Under the pieces are notes generated by a model that searched no databases, was not told the DNA's origin, and saw only the letters and a program-made list of their open reading frames with translations. From the NCBI GenBank assembly GCA_050175015.1, contig JBFXJJ010000002.1, positions 32,001-96,000 of the forward strand: DNA of 64,000 nucleotides. Reading direction: 5' to 3'. The position numbers and the translations under genes were made by a program. Each line of letters starts with the position of its first letter. Position 1 is the stretch's first letter. The stretch is from Alphaproteobacteria bacterium. GTDB taxonomy: Bacteria > Pseudomonadota > Alphaproteobacteria > JBFXJJ01. This document shows, piece by piece, positions 61,961 through 64,000 of this stretch.

Positions 61961-63331
61961 TCATTCGGTTTCAAGTTTTTGCTTAATCTCAGAATACCAC
62001 TTGTCAATATTTTCTAAAGCCCTTTGGGCATATTTAGCTTTGCGTTCTTTGCCCTTAAAGTGCTTAAGCTTACCTTTAGGCGTTATTTCTGGTTCTATCT
62101 CTGCAAAAAGCCCGAAATTAACATTCATCGGTTCAAAATTATCAAGTTTTGAATTAACAACGTGATTATGAAGAGCCCCTATCGCTGTTGTAATATCTGG
62201 TTTGGGAAGCTTGATATCTTTTATTTCTGCACTGGCATAAATCCCAGCAAGAAAGCCCATTGCAATACTTTCAACATAGCCTTCACAGCCCGAAATCTGA
62301 CCTGCAAAACGGATATTAGGTTGTTGCTTCAGCCGCAATTCAGAATCTAGCAACTGCGGACTATTAATAAAGCTATTGCGGTGAATATTCCCAAGCCTTG
62401 CAAACTCTGCATTCTCTAAACCTGGTATCATTTTGAAGATACGTTTTTGCTCGTTATGTTTTAGTTTCGTTTGAAAACCAACAATGTTACGCAAGCTATC
62501 TTGCATATTATCTTGTCGTAGCTGGACGACGGCATAAGGCTGTTCTTCTTTATGAGGATTAACCAGACCTACAGGTTTCATTGGTCCAAAAGCCAGCGTT
62601 TCAATCCCACGCTCCGCCATAACTTCAATCGGCAAACAGCCCTCAAAAAATTTATCAGGTTTTTCCCAATCTTTAAATGTTACTTTTTCTGCTTTCAGCA
62701 GTTCATCTATAAAATTATAATATTCTTCTTTAGATAACGGACAGTTTATGTAATCTGAAGAATCACCCTTATCATAACGAGACTGGCACCAAGCTTTAGA
62801 TAAATCTATACTTTCAGTATAAACAAGCGGAGCAATCGCATCAAAGAAATAGAAGAAGTCCAAACCCGTTTTTTCACCAATCGCCGCCGCAATTTTAGGT
62901 GATGCCAAAGGGCCGCAGGCTAAAATCCATAACTCATCGTCAGCGTCAGGCAGCTTAGTTACTTCCTCTCTTTTTATTGTAATAAATGGATTTGCAAGAA
63001 GCTTTGCTTCAACTGCTTCTGAAAAACGCAGTCTATCGACCGCTAAAGCTCCACCCGCCGGCACTTTAGTTTCATCGGCGCATTGCAGCAGCAAAGATGC
63101 CCCTCTTCTTAGCTCTTCCTGCAAAACTCCAACCGCATTTGCTTCAGGATTGTTGGAGCGAAAAGAGTTAGAACAGACAAGCTCTGCTAAATTCTGAGTA
63201 TTATGTGCAGGAGAAGACACGCTTGGTCTCATCTCATATAGATTTACAGGTATCTTACAAGATGCTATCTGCCACGCAGCTTCACAGCCTGCCAGTCCTC
63301 CGCCTACAATATTTACTGTTTTATTTACCAT
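61961..63331 (-). CDS. trmFO: tRNA (uracil-54) methyltransferase TrmFO
   Basis: GGGLAGCEAAWQ, AELVCSNS, FEGCLPIE, GCEGYVES, PMNVNFG. Confidence 0.95.
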   Translation of the reverse strand: MVNKTVNIVGGGLAGCEAAWQIASCKIPVNLYEMRPSVSSPAHNTQNLAELVCSNSFRSNNPEANAVGVLQEELRRGASLLLQCADETKVPAGGALAVDRLRFSEAVEAKLLANPFITIKREEVTKLPDADDELWILACGPLASPKIAAAIGEKTGLDFFYFFDAIAPLVYTESIDLSKAWCQSRYDKGDSSDYINCPLSKEEYYNFIDELLKAEKVTFKDWEKPDKFFEGCLPIEVMAERGIETLAFGPMKPVGLVNPHKEEQPYAVVQLRQDNMQDSLRNIVGFQTKLKHNEQKRIFKMIPGLENAEFARLGNIHRNSFINSPQLLDSELRLKQQPNIRFAGQISGCEGYVESIAMGFLAGIYASAEIKDIKLPKPDITTAIGALHNHVVNSKLDNFEPMNVNFGLFAEIEPEITPKGKLKHFKGKERKAKYAQRALENIDKWYSEIKQKLETE

Positions 63332-63337
63332 TGTTTT

Positions 63338-63916
63338 TCATTCTGGAGAAAAGTGAATTGCATCGCCTATTTCTTCAAGTTCTTTTTCAAAAATTGGAAC
63401 AACGTCTTCAATATTGTTGGTTATTGTAAAAAGTTTTAAATGATCTTTTTCAGCGAACCCGCCATTTACGATATCATTTATCATTGCAACCATTGAATCC
63501 CAAAAACCGTCAATATTAACGATAATTATTGGTTTATTGTGCCTTTGAAGCTGTTTTAGAGTAATCAACTCAAAAATTTCATCAAGAGAACCAAAACCTC
63601 CAGGAAGAAGACAAAAGCCGTCAGACAATTCTTTCATACGATTTTTGCGAACATACATATGAGGAACAACTTCTAACTCAGGAAGTTGTAAAAAAGCTTG
63701 TTCTTTTTTCTCTAAATGATGAGGAATTATGCCGACTACATGTCCTCCTTTTGAAAGAGCGCCTTCAGCTACAGCTCCCATAACACCGACATGACCGCCG
63801 CCATAAATTAAGGTATGCTTATGTTCAGCAATTCTCATACCAAGGGTTCTTGCTGTCTCAGTATAAGATGGCTTATCTCCACTTCTAGAGCCACAAAAAA
63901 CGCAAAGTTTATTCAT
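63338..63916 (-). CDS. LOG family (TIGR00730) nucleotide phosphoribohydrolase
   Basis: CVFCGS, IYGGG, LPGGFGSLDE. Confidence 0.92.
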   Translation of the reverse strand: MNKLCVFCGSRSGDKPSYTETARTLGMRIAEHKHTLIYGGGHVGVMGAVAEGALSKGGHVVGIIPHHLEKKEQAFLQLPELEVVPHMYVRKNRMKELSDGFCLLPGGFGSLDEIFELITLKQLQRHNKPIIIVNIDGFWDSMVAMINDIVNGGFAEKDHLKLFTITNNIEDVVPIFEKELEEIGDAIHFSPE

Positions 63917-64000
63917 ATATTATTCTCCATTCTTATTTTTTAATTCTCCTATGATATAAAAGAATAGGTTAAACAGATGTTAATAAATTAAGTTATATAT

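Noticed and set aside
63968-63983. Perfect CtrA box (minus strand TTAA-N7-TTAAC)
   Set aside because: Such matches arise by chance in AT-rich DNA and the flanking gene is outside the window

Overview
AT-rich alphaproteobacterial chromosome segment. Gene order and the G-1/C73 tRNA-His fit a Rhodospirillales-like lineage (inference). 1-10.1 kb: flagellar/chemotaxis cluster (partial large exported protein, cheY, motE-like, DUF6468-like, fliM, fliL; divergent sigma54-type flgFGAH) followed by an unusual protein of three tandem FlaF-like domains. 10-35 kb: housekeeping backbone (TetR-MFP-RND efflux, MlaC-like, AapJ-like, a strongly remodelled Hsp100/Clp ATPase, ettA, DMT, tRNA-Ile2, rpoD-dnaG-yqeY, greA, trxB, SulP, MarC, glnA-glnB). 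35.0-55.5 kb: a 20,480-bp integrative mobilisable element in tRNA-His bounded by a 46-bp direct repeat. It carries a tyrosine integrase, AlpA/Xis, a split primase plus DUF3631-like Rep, TraK/TraJ/MOBP relaxase, ParDE, a cargo chemoreceptor behind a (CT)17 tract, an HNH-like gene, and a type I RM operon with four interleaved genes (2-TM protein, HEPN, MNT, AbiJ-like HEPN). Its non-coding DNA holds a duplicated, inverted iteron module, a candidate oriT beside a ~10-bp phased repeat array, and integrase arm-like repeats. 56-64 kb: MCP, sodB, hpnE-hpnD-hpnC, trmFO, LOG. All family assignments come from motif recognition by eye; no searches were run.
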